Below are positions 37,241 to 50,430 of a stretch of 64,000 nt of DNA, piece by piece (positions within the stretch are counted from its first letter, which is position 1; every line of letters begins with the position of its first letter). Made by a program: the position numbers and the translations under genes. The notes below the pieces were generated by a model. The model was given only the letters and a program-made list of their open reading frames with translations. It did not search any database and was not told the DNA's origin. Origin of the DNA: the human T2T-CHM13v2.0 reference genome, Homo sapiens; assembly GCF_009914755.1 (NCBI RefSeq), contig NC_060925.1; one strand, given 5' to 3'.

Positions 37241-38994
37241 CCCCTACTTCTTCTGAGGTAGGATTTTTCTACTTCTACTTCTTGCATTTATTCCTTTTAA
37301 AGAGAGGGGCTTTGAAGTATAGAATTCTCTCTCTCTCTCATGTGTATGCAAAATCAATTTTAAAATTAGCAAATAAAATAACGATTGCTGAATTTGGTCA
37401 GCTTATTGGAAAATTGGATGTTTCTGGCATTCTCTATCGTCAAGGCATCAAAGCTTCTGTCTTAATGCAAGGTTATTCTTGATTCACCGGAGCAAGCCAT
37501 TTAAGGAGGGAGTAGCAGCAAATTTCAGGTACAAAATTGTTGGCAGGGATGATAATGGAGAAACTTGGAATATCCAGGTTTGGGCAAAAGAAACCCTGAA
37601 AAATTTGTTTGAAGTGAGGAAAACCCCTTGTTTGAGGTTGGGTTGGGATTTTTGCATTCTGCCTTTAGGCAATAAAGAATTAAAAATAAAGGAAATAGCT
37701 CTTGGAAGGAGCTGGGGTGGGAGACAAAAATAAAACCCACCTGGGTGGTTTTTCATAACAGACCTCCAAACCAAATTGCACCGAGGGGCACCCTGAGTGT
37801 TCCAACCGATGGCCTCTGAGTCTGGGGCAACCATCGCCCTTGGCCGCACTTAACTTAAAAAACACCAGCAAAGGTTTCTTCTTTCATGTAGACTTACATT
37901 AGGTTTGAGCTGTAACACAAGATGAGAAATGGTTGGGTTGCGTGGGGGAGGGAGTTGGGGAGGTGGGTGGGCATATTTTCATTCTGCCACTCTCTTTGAA
38001 CTGCGTGCCACATGCTTCATGAGTTCCTCCCCTCAGGGCAATGGAAATAAAATTACCTGCCCAAGGAATTTTAGAGTGAAAAATGAACTCACACTCTCAA
38101 TGCCAAGATTGGTCCTGACACAAACAGTTAGTGGGGAAAAGAGAAGCAATTCCACAGACAGAGATCTGGGTCCAAGTTCTGAGCAGGTCACTTCTAGTTT
38201 TGGGGCCTCAGTTTCTTCATATTCAAAACAAAAGTATGAAAGATCAGGATCTGAAATTGTCCCTTCAGTGCTCCTTAGGCTATAATTTTTGGAATTCTCC
38301 AGTGGGAACCTGGATGATTCCAAACCCTGGAAGAGGCAGGGAGACTTTTCTAGTTCTTAGGGGAGGAGACATGAGCTTGAGGGACAGCATTTAGCAGAGG
38401 CACAAATGGAGTCCCAATTTCGTGTTAGTCTGGGCAGAAGGCTGGGCTGGAGGAGAAACCCACAAGCAGAGGCCATATGTCAAAGGCAGGTGCAGACCTG
38501 CCTGGGTTCAAGGAGAAGTTGGGTCCTGCTTCTTGAGTATTAGAGCTTTCCAAAGGAGAGCTGGGTCTTCATCTCTCTAATTTTTAGTGTGTCATTTTCT
38601 TTAAAGAAAATTGTATTTTCTAACTTTAAAGTTAGAAAAAATAATTGCCTTGATCTGTCTTTTCGTCTCCTTCACAATATAATGCAAATAAAGGATGCCA
38701 GTGTATAATCTTGATTTTATTTCCCCTCCCTTCCCTTCTCCCTCTCTCCTCCCTCCAACACCACCCCTCTTCTCCATACCACAACAAGCAGTGATTTGAT
38801 TTTTAATATGAGGCCATCTTTGATGATCTACAGTTTAGAGCAAGTTATAACTCATCCAGGGAGGCTCGCTGTCTGACTAAGTTTCCTTAGAGGGCCATTG
38901 GCTTAGCTGACAGAGGCCAGAGCCAAGGTCTCTGGATTTTGAATCCAGGGCCTTTCCTTGATAGCAACATTTCTCAGACTATCTTAAATTTTGT

Positions 38995-39100
38995 CTTTTT
39001 AAGATACAGTGTCTTGTTTTGTTATCCAGCCTGGAGTGCTGTAACCTGCAGCCTTAAACTCCTGGCTAAAGCCATTCTCCTGCCCCAGCCTCCCGAATCA
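38995..39100 (-). mobile_element. FLAM/AluJ monomer fragment, apparently inside an old hAT-Charlie-like element (~38960-39337)
   Basis: cagtgtcttgttttgttatccagcctggagtgc...cagccttaaactcctggct...cagcctcccga; the host assignment is weak. Confidence 0.6.
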
Positions 39101-40304
39101 AAACTATTTTTAAAACTTCAATCTCTCATGGGCCAACACTTCCATAAAATTCAATAAAAATAAATTCCTGCTGACATAAAGTGAAAAAAAAAGACAAACT
39201 TCAAATCCCAATTTTTTATTATTAAATTCAATAGCCATAAAATGCTACTTTGTCAAATTGCTCTAAAAGTTTCTAAATGCTCTTCTCAGTTTAGGGGCTT
39301 GGGCCTGGTGCATGGAACATGCTTTAAGCAACACTGGTGGGTAGTTCTTTCTCTACCTCTTCTCCTCTGACCATGCACCCCAGGAGGGGCAGCCTGGATT
39401 GGAGTGTGCATGCAGCACAGGTTTTGCAGTTACTCAGGCTTAGGGGTGAACCCCGGCTGCACTCAAGGCTGCAGATGGGATCCTGCACAAGGCACCTTAT
39501 GTCTTTGATGCTCAGCTTTATCCATTCTGAAGTGGAGAGAATAACATTGACCTTTGAGGATTGCTTTGAGGAGTAAATGTGGTAAAATGTATAAGGCACC
39601 TAGCGCATAGCAGTTGCTGCACAAGTGTTCATTTTTCTACTTTACAGAGGAGGAAGCATGGCTGATTTTTTTTACTCTTACTCTTGAATGTACCACTTTA
39701 CAACTTTCCTTTCAGTCTAGATTTTTCTTTTTTGCTCCCCATCCTCTTAGCCAGCTACTACTTAACCCCTGCCTGCTCAAGTGCCCTAGACCCCTGCTGT
39801 ACTCCCCATGCCATGGCTTGCTCCTTCCTCCTTCTCACTATAAGCTTCATGAGGGCAGGAACTGATCTGTTTATTCACTGCTATTTTTTTCCCATCTCCT
39901 AACCAGGTGCTTGGCACACAGCAGATGGCCAATAATTATCTGCTTAATGAAAATACGATGTCCTTGTTGAAAACCTGGGCTTGTAGTGAGAGTGAGAAAA
40001 CAGCCCTACATAGTCCTGACCAGGTGCAGATATCAGAAAGTTATAAATATTATCTTCTATTACCAAGACCCAGTAGGCCAAGGGAAGCCCTGGGCCTGCT
40101 GTTCCAATGGGATGTGAGTTAGTCTGCCTCTTACCAGAGTCTTGGGCTTCTGTGGAGCTAAGGGGAATAGAATTGGTTGTCTTTTCTTCCCTAACCACAG
40201 ACAAAGTCCTCACAACTGCATACACAGAATTCTGGATGGGGTGGAGGTACGTGGGAGGTGAGGAGGGGAGAAGGTAGGCTGGTATAGAGGAGAGGGGAAA
40301 GTAA

Positions 40305-40730
40305 GATGGCACAAGATGATTTAGAATCATAGACCTATAGAATGTTTAAGCCAGAAGGGTCCTTAGAGATCATCTAATTCAACCCTTTTGGAGACATTCT
40401 AATGTCATGCCTAAGTGTACGGACTCTGGGGTCAAATGGCCTGGCTTGAAGTCCAGTTCCAATTCTTCCCAGCTGTGTGGCTTTTGAACATGTTCTTAAC
40501 CTCTCTGTACCTCTCAGTTTCCTCTCTATAAATATATATTAATATAATGATAGTATGTCTAACTTGTAGGGCTATAGGAACTAAAAGGCTTAGATTAGTG
40601 TCTGGTGCACAGTAAATTTAAGAGTTAGCAATGATTTCTTTTTTTTTTAACCTTTGGGAAAACTGAGGCCCAGGACTTGGTTAAGGTTGTAGAATAAGAG
40701 GGTGACAGAGCCTAGATGAGTCTCATTCTC
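40305..40730. mobile_element. MIR (+, 40400-40635) nested in an antisense MIR-type element
   Basis: ggactctggggtcaaatggcctggc...ttaacctctctgtacctctcagtttcctc; flanks agaatcatag...ccttagagatcatctaattc and gaaaactgaggcccag. Confidence 0.7.
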
Positions 40731-41644
40731 TCACATTTTAGTTCTCCCTCTCCCACTTTTTTTTTGAACATAGACCAAAATTTTAGAGCCAAAAATAGTT
40801 TGAATATTATCTATTTTCATGTGCTTATTTAACACATAGAAAAACCAACACCCACAGAGGCTGAATGAGAGACTCAAAGTCACCCATCCAGACAGTGCTA
40901 GTGTCAGAATAGAACATAGTCTTAATGACTGTATTCTCCTTCTCGGCAATGCAGAGAGGCTATTGATGATGAAAAATGGAGACAGACTAAGAATAAATGC
41001 TCATGTGCCACATCCAGTCTTTCTCTGGGAAGTCTACTCAATTAGAGAGCAGTTCAGGCTTCACATGTTTTTCTAGTCAAACAGAAACAGTAAAAATGGC
41101 AACTTAGCTTTGGAAAGCTATGAATCCTTCAGCTTTTGGAAATTATTAGAATTTGGAGATAGCATTTTCATTAAGGAGTTTTTTCTAAGGGGACAGGAGT
41201 CCACGAGGGAACCATTCAAGAGGCAAAGATTTGGAGTTAGTTGGGCATCCTAGCCCGTGAGCATCCTGAGGACTGCAAGCCTCTCCCTGTCTTCCCCCTC
41301 CAGCTGTGTACACATTACAGGAGCTATGCAAGCATAGAAAAGCATTTTTAAAAATAAGACTAAATAACAGCACCTACCTCATAGATGTAGTTGGGAGGAT
41401 TAAATGAGTTATTTCATATTAAATGCTTAGAACGGTGCTGGTAGGTAGTAAACGCTCAATGCAGCTCTATATACTCCATAACCTTTGTTTCAATGGCTCT
41501 ACATTATTTTATAAGATGGCCATATTATAGCTTTTAAAATGTTACCTACTGTGCTGGCATGATTATTGAATGCTGTTTATTTCCCTAGCATTGGTGCCAA
41601 TGTTTCCTTCTTATGGATAGTGCATTAATGAACAACCTTATCTT

Positions 41645-41854
41645 TTTTTTTAAATTTTATTATTATTATACTTTAAGTTTTAGGGTACATGTGCACAACG
41701 TGCAGGTTTGTTCCATATGTATACATGTGCCATGTTGGTGTGCTGCACCCATTAACTCGTCATTTAGCATTAGATATATCTCCTAATGCTATCCCTCCCC
41801 ACACACAGTCCCCGGTGTGTGATGTTCCCCTTCCTGTGTCCATGTGTTCTAATT
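41645..41854 (-). mobile_element. Short, 5'-truncated L1PA3/4-like 3' end
   Basis: ttattatactttaagttttagggtacatgtgcacaacgtgcagg...catttagcattag...; perfect 17-bp TSD ATGAACAACCTTATCTT (41628-41644, 41855-41871); TT/AAGA endonuclease site on the minus strand. Confidence 0.95.
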
Positions 41855-41874
41855 ATGAACAACCTTATCTTAAA

Positions 41875-42030
41875 GCAGGAATCTGCAAACCATAGCATGT
41901 GAGCCAAATCCAGCCCATCTCTTGTTTTGTAAATAAAGTTTTGTTGAAACACAGGCACCCCAATTTGTTTAAGTATTGCCTGTGGCTGCTTTGCCTACTA
42001 ATGGCAGAGTTAAATAGTTGTGACAGAGCC
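41875..42030. mobile_element. MER58A (hAT-Charlie) fragment
   Basis: gccaaatccagccc...gttttgtaaataaagttttgttgaaacacag...tggcagagttaaatagttgtgacagag. Confidence 0.85.
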
Positions 42031-42159
42031 TGTTTTCTTTTGTTGTTGTTGTTTTCTTTTTTTTCTGAGCTTTTTCAGAAAATATTTCTGATGCTATCCT
42101 AAATGAATAACCTTAAATGCATAAAAAGGTTTGTTTTCATATTCTTTTTTTAAAAAAGT

Positions 42160-42201
42160 ACACACACACACACACGCATGCACACACGCACACACACGCA
42201 C

Positions 42202-42239
<38 letters not shown>
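42160..42239. repeat. (CA)n microsatellite with CG interruptions
   Basis: Seen directly. Confidence 0.95.
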
Positions 42240-42241
<2 letters not shown>

Positions 42242-43279
42242 TTCTCACTAATTTAATTCCTAAACACTCTCCATACATACTCAGTGTGTCTTTTGCAGAG
42301 AGCCATGAGGAAAAGGGAAAGAGGAAAGATGGCAGGTGCAAGTCTGGCCCTGATAGATCTGTTAGATGGCGTGCAAGCTGTTTTACATGGTTTGTTTTCT
42401 GATTCCATTTATCTATGTGCCCTACTTTTTAAAAATTGTCTTCAAGATTCAAGACTTTGTTACCTGCAAATTTTCAGTTATCTTATGAGGAACATTTTAT
42501 ACTAAGGCAGTAATATGAAATAAAGGAAAGAAAACCATGTTCAGAGCCGAAGATCTGGGTTCTAGGCCTGTTTCTCTACTCATTTGTCACAGGACCTTGG
42601 GCAAATGACCTATATTTACAAATTCCCAGTTTACTCCCAGAGCTGGAATGTTCTGTGTGGCCCAGGCTCCAGCTGCTTTCCTCTGGATGGGGCAGTCTCC
42701 CATCACCCAGCCTCCCTGCCTTCACGTCACCCCATCCATCCCACCCTACAACTTTTAAAGGGTACCTCCATGATGTCCCTCCCTTCCTCCAAAGTGATCC
42801 TGGGGGCTTCATTTTACATGTCTTCCCCTCTCTGAGACTCAGGTCCTCATAGGAAGAACATGAAAAACAACAGGCTACAACTGGATGGTTGTAAAGGTCT
42901 GATGAGATCTGTAATATGTTGTTCTGCAGCTCAAGTGGGAGTAAAACTCAAGTCTTTTAACTCCTGGTCCTGTGCTCTTTCCTCCACTCTACAAATAGAC
43001 TCCAAGAACTTTGCCCCCTTGAAACTTGGGCCAGAAATCCTACTCTTTGGGAAACTCAAATGCTGCAAGTACTTTAAAAATCTTTTTCCTCCATCCAAAC
43101 TTCTGCTTCGTGGTCTGGCAGGATGCACAAGCTTTCAGCAGGCAGCTGCGATTTTACTCTGTGCCAAGATGCTGCTTGTCTCAGGTTGCTTGGCAATGCA
43201 ATACTTAATCCTTGGAGTCCTACACCTCCACAGACACACATCTATGCTTTCAGCTCTCAGTTGTTCGAAGAACACTTCC

Positions 43280-43478
43280 AAATAGATTCATTTCATCTTC
43301 AAATAATCCTTAGAAATAGGCATGGCACATATGATTCTCTATGGCATGTAAGAGGACTGAGGCCCAGAGCCGTGAAGTGAACTATTCAAGGTCTCACAGT
43401 GATGTTGTGACTCAGGTAGGAGTAAAACTCAAATCTTTTGACTCCTGGTCTTGTGCTCTTTCTTCCACTCTGCAGATA
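43280..43478 (-). mobile_element. MIR; apparent source of the 66-bp duplicate at 42932-42997
   Basis: tcatttcatcttcaaataatcc...gaggactgaggcccagag...tcaaggtctcacag...tgactcctggtcttgtgctcttt. Confidence 0.7.
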
Positions 43479-43889
43479 TTTTTAAATGGCTTTTTGTCTT
43501 TAAATTTCCCACACCTGGCCTTCACTCCAAGTAAAACTTTTGTGTATAAAGTCAGTATTGTGAAGTTGGGAGGGAAATTGGTGGGAAAGAAATCTCATGT
43601 TAATGGGCTTTGATGCCAGACAGGAACCTTTGAACTGAGAAAAAAATTCTACAGATGAAATCTCTGCAGAGGAAAAGAAAATAATGTTTTACTTATTTTG
43701 AAAAAAGGAAACTGGGCCAGGCTACTGAGGTATTCAATTCTAACATATTAATTTCAAGGAATGCAAAAACTGTTGACATGAGAACTTCTTTGTGGATATG
43801 AGAAAAATTATACTTTATTAAGATTCTAAAGATGAGACAATTTCTTTTTCTACTCTGGGCCTTAGTTTCTTCTTCCATAACAGGAGAGG

Positions 43890-44292
43890 GTGAGTATATC
43901 ACTTTAGGCTCAGTTTGGCTGCAGTAACAACTAACCCTCGAATGTTGATAACTTACAACAACAAGGATGCCTTTCTTGCTCTCTTAGGTTGGCTGTGGCT
44001 CTACTCCAGATCTTCATTTTTCCTGGATCACAGCTGAGAGGGCAGCTCCTCTCTGAGACATGCCAGTCTCATGGCAGAGGGGAAAAATGGCAGAATCATG
44101 ATTTGGTGATGACAGTTTTTTACTGGCAAATGACATCTGTCATTTTCTTTCACTTTTGTTGGTCAAATCAAGCATATGGACAAGTCCAATGTCAATGAGT
44201 GGGAATTATAATTCTTCTCAGGGATAAGCCCAATAGGGGAGGGCCCTATAGGAGGGAAAAACGTATATCTTGGCAATAATACTATCTACCAA
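43890..44292 (-). mobile_element. MLT1I/J-like LTR
   Basis: tggctgcagtaacaactaaccc...cttacaacaacaagg...ctcatggcagaggg...ttggtcaaatcaagcatatgg...atctacca. Confidence 0.7.
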
Positions 44293-44299
44293 AATGGGG

Positions 44300-44660
44300 T
44301 CCAACTATTTACTGAACATCTACATTTGGATGTCTCACCTCAAATTCAGTATGTCCCAAACTGAACTCATCACCTTTGCTCCTCAAAAGTACCCCTTTTT
44401 CTATATCTCTTCTCCAGTTAGAAAGCACCATCATCTATCTATCTATCACGCCACCCAAACCAGAATGGAGTTATCCTAGGCTATTCCTTCTTGGTCTCAC
44501 CTCCCACGTCCTACTGTTAACTAAGTCCTGTGGATTCTGATTCTGAATTACCTCTCACATTAATCTCCTCCTCTGTATTTCCTCTGCCAGTGTCATAGCT
44601 CAGGCTGGGGTTGGTGAGGCCTGATCTACTATAATAGTGTCCTTCTGCATCTCCATTGCC
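44300..44660 (+). mobile_element. L2 fragment
   Basis: catctacatttggatgtctcacctcaaattcagtatgtcccaaactgaactcatcacc. Confidence 0.75.
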
Positions 44661-45594
44661 AGGTTCGGGCATCCAGTATGGGGTATTGACTTGAGGAACA
44701 GGACAATGGGGAACCCACAGGTTATTGAAAGACCAGTAAATTATTTATAAATAGTAATTTTTTTATTTAATTATCTTTTACTTTTCTTCATTTTTTTAAA
44801 GGAGGAAGGGGTAGGAGTCAAATACATTTAAGAGGAGTTGACATTTTCCCTGATCTAATATTAGTGAATTCTTCAGTCTTACATTTTAAAGATACAAATG
44901 AAGATGATAGGAAATGCAAGCTCTTTAAAAAAGGAGAACCTCCCATGTGTGAGGCCATACATTTGAATGGTCTATTCACCCTGGAAACCTGCCTACTTGA
45001 TGTGAGGAATTGGAGTCATTCTCGTTCACTGCTGCTCCTCTCCCCATCTGTTCACTGGCATCCCAGGTGCTAGGATCTCCAAAGAGAAAGGTAGAGCAGG
45101 AAGGAGGGATGGGGAGCAGGGCCTGAACCAGGAATGGTGGACCTAGGAGTGCTGTAACTTCTGACGCCTCTCCAGATGTTGGTGATAAGAAATTAGAGAG
45201 ACACACAGCAGGAATAGACCTCAATTACCATGAAGTCTAGCCTCTACATTTAAAGGTGAAGAATTGAAGGCTCCAAATGGGGAAGTGGCTTGCTCAAGAT
45301 TACCTAGCAAGCTAGAAGCAACACTGGGGCCAGAACCCGGGACACCTGCCTAAGAGTGCAGAGTTCTTTATGAAGTAATAGTCTGTAAAACATGCAAGCG
45401 CATGATTAAGCAGAGCCATATGCCTTGTGTATCTGACTCTTTTTGTGCATTTTCTTTTTCACCTTTTAAATCTTCTTCTGCCATCATTGATCTTAACACT
45501 ATTTAGTCTATTTGAAAGACACCACCAGTACTTCTAGAACTCTCCACTGGTATATTTGCATTTGACTTGAGAGCCAGATGGGCTGCATTGTTGG

Positions 45595-45800
45595 GAGTGG
45601 GCTGGTCTCTGTGTTAGAAGACCTGGGGCCAAACTCCTGCTCTATGACTCATTTGCTATGTAAACTTAGGCTACTGCTTCTTCTCTCTGAGCCTCAGTTT
45701 CCTCACTTAGAAAATGGGTGTGATAATGATATGTATCTCTCAGACTGCTTCTTGTAAAGTGTAAATAAGAAGTATGTGAAATTACCTAGTACTGAATTTG
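45595..45800 (+). mobile_element. MIR
   Basis: ctctctgagcctcagtttcctcacttagaaaatggg. Confidence 0.8.
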
Positions 45801-46037
45801 ATAACTCAGTTTTCATACTTTACTGTGGTATCTTCTCAGTACAAGGTACCAGGGCAACGAAGATTGGCCAGTGTCACCCAGCAAGCACTAGCCACAGGGA
45901 ATGCACTGTTTATCCTGTCCATGCCACTCACTAATCAATAGATGCAAAGTGACAGGAAGTCAGTTATAGGAGACTGCACAAGGCAAAAAACAAAGACAGG
46001 AGTGGGAGAATGATCAGTTCTTTCTGGATGGTCATAG

Positions 46038-46337
<300 letters not shown>

Positions 46338-48695
46338 AAGAATTAGTTTTGAAAGATGAAGCAAAACTCTTTAGGTGAGGAATCAGGGTAACTTTAGGGA
46401 ATATAATACCATAAGCAAATACATGAAGGTGTGAACATGTATGAGTTTTGGAAAACTAAAGTAAGTAATTTAATCTAGGTACAGCACAGAATAGAAGCAA
46501 GGGTAGGGAATGAGCAGGCTGAGAAATGAGACTAGAGAGTTTGGGCCAGGATGAAACATGATGGGGCTGGAGTGAAAGGCTAAGGAGTAGGACTTCATCC
46601 TGAGCCAGAGCTCAGAGGCTGACCTCCTGGAGTTAGCCCAATGATGTGTTTTGCCTGACTGACATGGGGCCTTGATGTAGGTGGGGCATGCATTTTCCAG
46701 TTCTTTCTATTGTCTTCCCAGCCTTGACTCCATGCTGCTACTTCACTCATTTTTATTCCTTGCCTGGACTTTGAAGGCATTTGAGTTTCAGAGGTTGGAT
46801 GCAGAACACAGATGAAGTCAGATTTGAATTTTTGATTGATGTCTATGGCTGGATTCCTAGTGGATTATAAGGGGTAACACTGGCAGCCAAGAATTCTGTT
46901 AACACACAGTTGCAGTACTTCATCTGGGAGATGACAAGATCCTAATCTAAGGCAGTGGTTATGTGGATTGATAGAGAGGAATTAATCTGAGAATCTTTTA
47001 GGAGGCAGAACCCATAGGACTCAGTAATAAACTAAGATGAGGAGAAGGAGAGAGAGGGGAGTTAGACTAAAGGGTTTGGGTGAGCAGACTGTCTTAGGAC
47101 TAGGTATACCTGGTGTCTAGCCTAGTGTCCGAGGCAACACAGAGCCTCAATAAATAATTCTTAAATAAATAAATAAATGGAAAAGGGATTTCAGATGGTT
47201 CACAGATTACTAACTTAACAAGAGACACGTAATAGGTATTTGGTAGCTCTTAGCGGAATGTGAGCAGCATGTATCTGACAGTAATGAAGGTTTGGCTCTT
47301 CTTTGAAACTCAGAACCAATTCCTCAAGATCCAGATAGCCCATGGAAGCCCACGGAAGGAACTTGGCTGCCTTCTGAGGAGCATAAATTAGAGGCACTTG
47401 TTAAGAGAGATGCTGTCTGACATTTCCCTTAGGAGACTCCAGCCAAAAGAGTTCAAAAACTGAGTTCCTTAGCTTTTGGAGATAAAAGTTAGAGAACGTC
47501 CAAATCTGGGGCTGCCAGGAGGCTGGGCGCCTTCTTTTTCCTTAGCTCTGTCCTGCCATTGAAGCAATAACAAAGATAGAACCAGCAAAATAAATAAGTG
47601 CTCTGCAGATTTCAGGGATAATAATTTTATTGGCCAAATATTAAAATATCAAAGGCCCAGGAAAGGATACAGTTATGAGCCTTTGATGTACCATAAAGGC
47701 CCATTTCATGCACCAGTTGGGAGTATTTCAGGACAAAGATGGAATGATATTTTACGTCACCTCTGAGGCATAAAGGACACTTTATGAGTCAAAGGAAGCC
47801 AAGTTTTCAAATGGCTGGAGACTGGCAGTTTACTAGTTTGAAATCTAAACAGCAACTCGGATTCCAAATTAAAATTACTCCCACCACCCTGTGCCCGGGA
47901 GAGGTTTGCTGAGGTTGTCAGAGGGAATGAAGTGGGGGGAGTGTCCCAGGATCAGGCAAAAGGGATCCCAATTGGTCCAGTCACCATGGGGACCAGGGCC
48001 CCAAATTCCTATACTACTTGATGGGCTCAGGCTTACTAAGCCCTCAGGGCCAGAGAAGGACCACCAGCCTGGAAAATTGGGAAAAAAAATCAAAACAAAA
48101 CAAAACAAATGAAAGAACGGTACTAGATTCTCAGTAAATGCTGCTGGGTGAATATGGAATGAAAAGTTTTGCCTCATTCAGATCTCTGCTTCAATGTTTC
48201 TTCCTTGAGGAATCCATTCCACTCTAGCCCCTTGCCTCTTTGACTTTTTTCATTGATATATGATATAATATTAAGAAGTGATGCATGCTATTTGTTTTTT
48301 TTTCATTGTATCTTCTTTTATATTATAAGCTCCATGTGGACATGGTCTATATATTTTTCTTTGCGGAAGAACATTGCCTGACTCAGAGAAGGGACTTGTA
48401 AACAACTGTTGAATGAATGAATGAAGGCCCCTTAATTGTGCTAAGGCCTGTGCTAGATGATTCAGACCTGGTCTCTGCCTTCTAGTATTCATAGTGTAGT
48501 GGGGGAGACAGATACTATGGTGTATTGAAATTAGTAACATCAATGTAGAGTAATATACAGAATGCTATGGGGGTACAAAGAAAGCACCTAAGCAAGCTTG
48601 CTGGAGGAGGACAGAAGAAACATTCTGGAGAAAAGTGTTGTTGCAGCTAACATCTGAAGGACAGATAGGAGTTAGCCAGATAGGGATGTAGAGAG

Positions 48696-48997
48696 TTTTT
48701 TTTTTTTTTTTTTTTTTTTAAACAGAGTCTCACTCTGCTGCCAGGCTGGAGTGCAGTGGCATGACCTTGGCTCACTGCAACCTCCGCTTCCTGAGTTCAA
48801 GTGATTCTTCTGCCTCAGCCTCCTGAGTAGCTGGGATTACAGGCATCTGCCACCGTGCCCGGCTAATTTTTGTATTTTTAGTAGAGATGAGGTTTCACTA
48901 TGTTGGCCAGGATGGTCTCGATCTCTTGATCTCGTGATCCTCCTGCCTTGTCCTCCCAAAATGCTGGGATTACAGGTGTGAGCCACCGTGCATGGCT
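48696..48997 (-). mobile_element. AluSc
   Basis: T tail; ctctgctgccaggctgg (Sc-type 1-bp deletion); gtctcgatctcttgatctcgtgatcc; TSD approximately tgtagaga. Confidence 0.9.
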
Positions 48998-49574
48998 GTA
49001 GAGAAAGTTTTAACAGCAGACGAAATGCCTTGTGCCAAGTCACAGAACGACACATGATGTGGCTGAGTAAAGTGTGTTGAATGAATTGATACGTAAATGA
49101 ATGCTTTAAAAATTACAATTTGTTTTTCTAATTATTCATTCAAGGAGACATTCCAAAAAGCACTTTCTCATTAAGGGGTCATTTTACAGAATTGTGCATT
49201 GGCCTATTTTGTCTTTCTCTAAGAAAATATAAACATTCCCAGGACCATGGGCAGGTTGACATAGGAACTTGGAAATAACAAAACAAAACAAGAAGAAAAA
49301 TAGACAATATATAATTGTTTTCCCTTACAAACACCCATAACTCACACAGCTTTTTAGAAAAGGACTGCAAGGATCACCTAGTGAGGTGTGATGAAAATGG
49401 CCCAGAATTTGAAATTGGAAGGATAGGTTCAAGTATTACATCAATCTTTACCAGGCAAGTCATTTCATGTCTCTCAGTTATAATTTCTGAGCTAAGAGAA
49501 CCAAATGAAAGTACTTTGGGAATCAAAAAGTGATGGACAAGTAAAAGTAATCTATTATTATTATTATTATTCTC

Positions 49575-50430
49575 ACTCAATTTATTATTTTCTTTGTTTT
49601 AAATTGACAGAGAGAAATGCCCTCTCTTTTGGTTGCAGTTCTAGGAATGTTAACACATGTGGATTTCTGTAACCTCAATCAGAATACAAAATAGTTCCAT
49701 CACCCAAAAAACTTGCTCAGGGCTGCCAGTTTGTAGTCACGCTTTTCCTGTACCCCTCGCCCCTGGAAACCAGTGATCTGTCCTCTGTCACCATCATTTG
49801 TTTTTTTTTTTTGTATGTGTGAATGGAGAATGACAGATAAATGGACTCAAAAAACATTTTAACTTTTATTTTAGGCTCAGGGGTACATGTACAGGTTTGT
49901 TATACAGGTAAACTCATGACTGGGGGTTTGGTGTGCAGATTATTTCATTAACCGAGTACTAAGCATAGTACCTGACAGTTTTTTTTTTTTTCTGAGCCCA
50001 TCTCCCTCATTCACTCTCCTTCAAGTAGTCCCAGCGTCTGTGGTTTCCCTCTTTCTGTCCATGTATGCAACCTTTTGAGGCTAGCTTCTTTCGCGCAACG
50101 TAATGCCTGTGAAATTCATCCAAGTTGTTCATGTGTCAACAGTTCGCTCCTTTTTATTGCCAAGTGGTTGGTATTCCACAGTATGGATATACCACAGTTT
50201 GTTTATCCATTCATCCATTGAATAACAGGTGGATTTCTACTTTATGGTACATATGAGGGTACCTACTATAAACATTAGTGTATAGGTGTTTGTGTGAACA
50301 TAAATTTTCATTTCTTTAGGGCAAGTACCCAGTAGTGAGATTGGTATGTCACATATTAAGGATATAATTACTTTATGAAAATACGTCAGACTGTTTCCAG
50401 AGTGGCTGGACCATTTTGCATATTCAGCAG
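49575..50430 (-). mobile_element. Old L1MC/MD 3' end with nested L1PA15/16-like 3' fragment (~49855-50065)
   Basis: gttccatcacccaaaaa...cccctggaaaccagtgatctg; nested ttttaggctcaggggtacatgtacaggtttgttatacaggtaaact; resumes tataccacagtttgtttatccattca. Confidence 0.8.
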
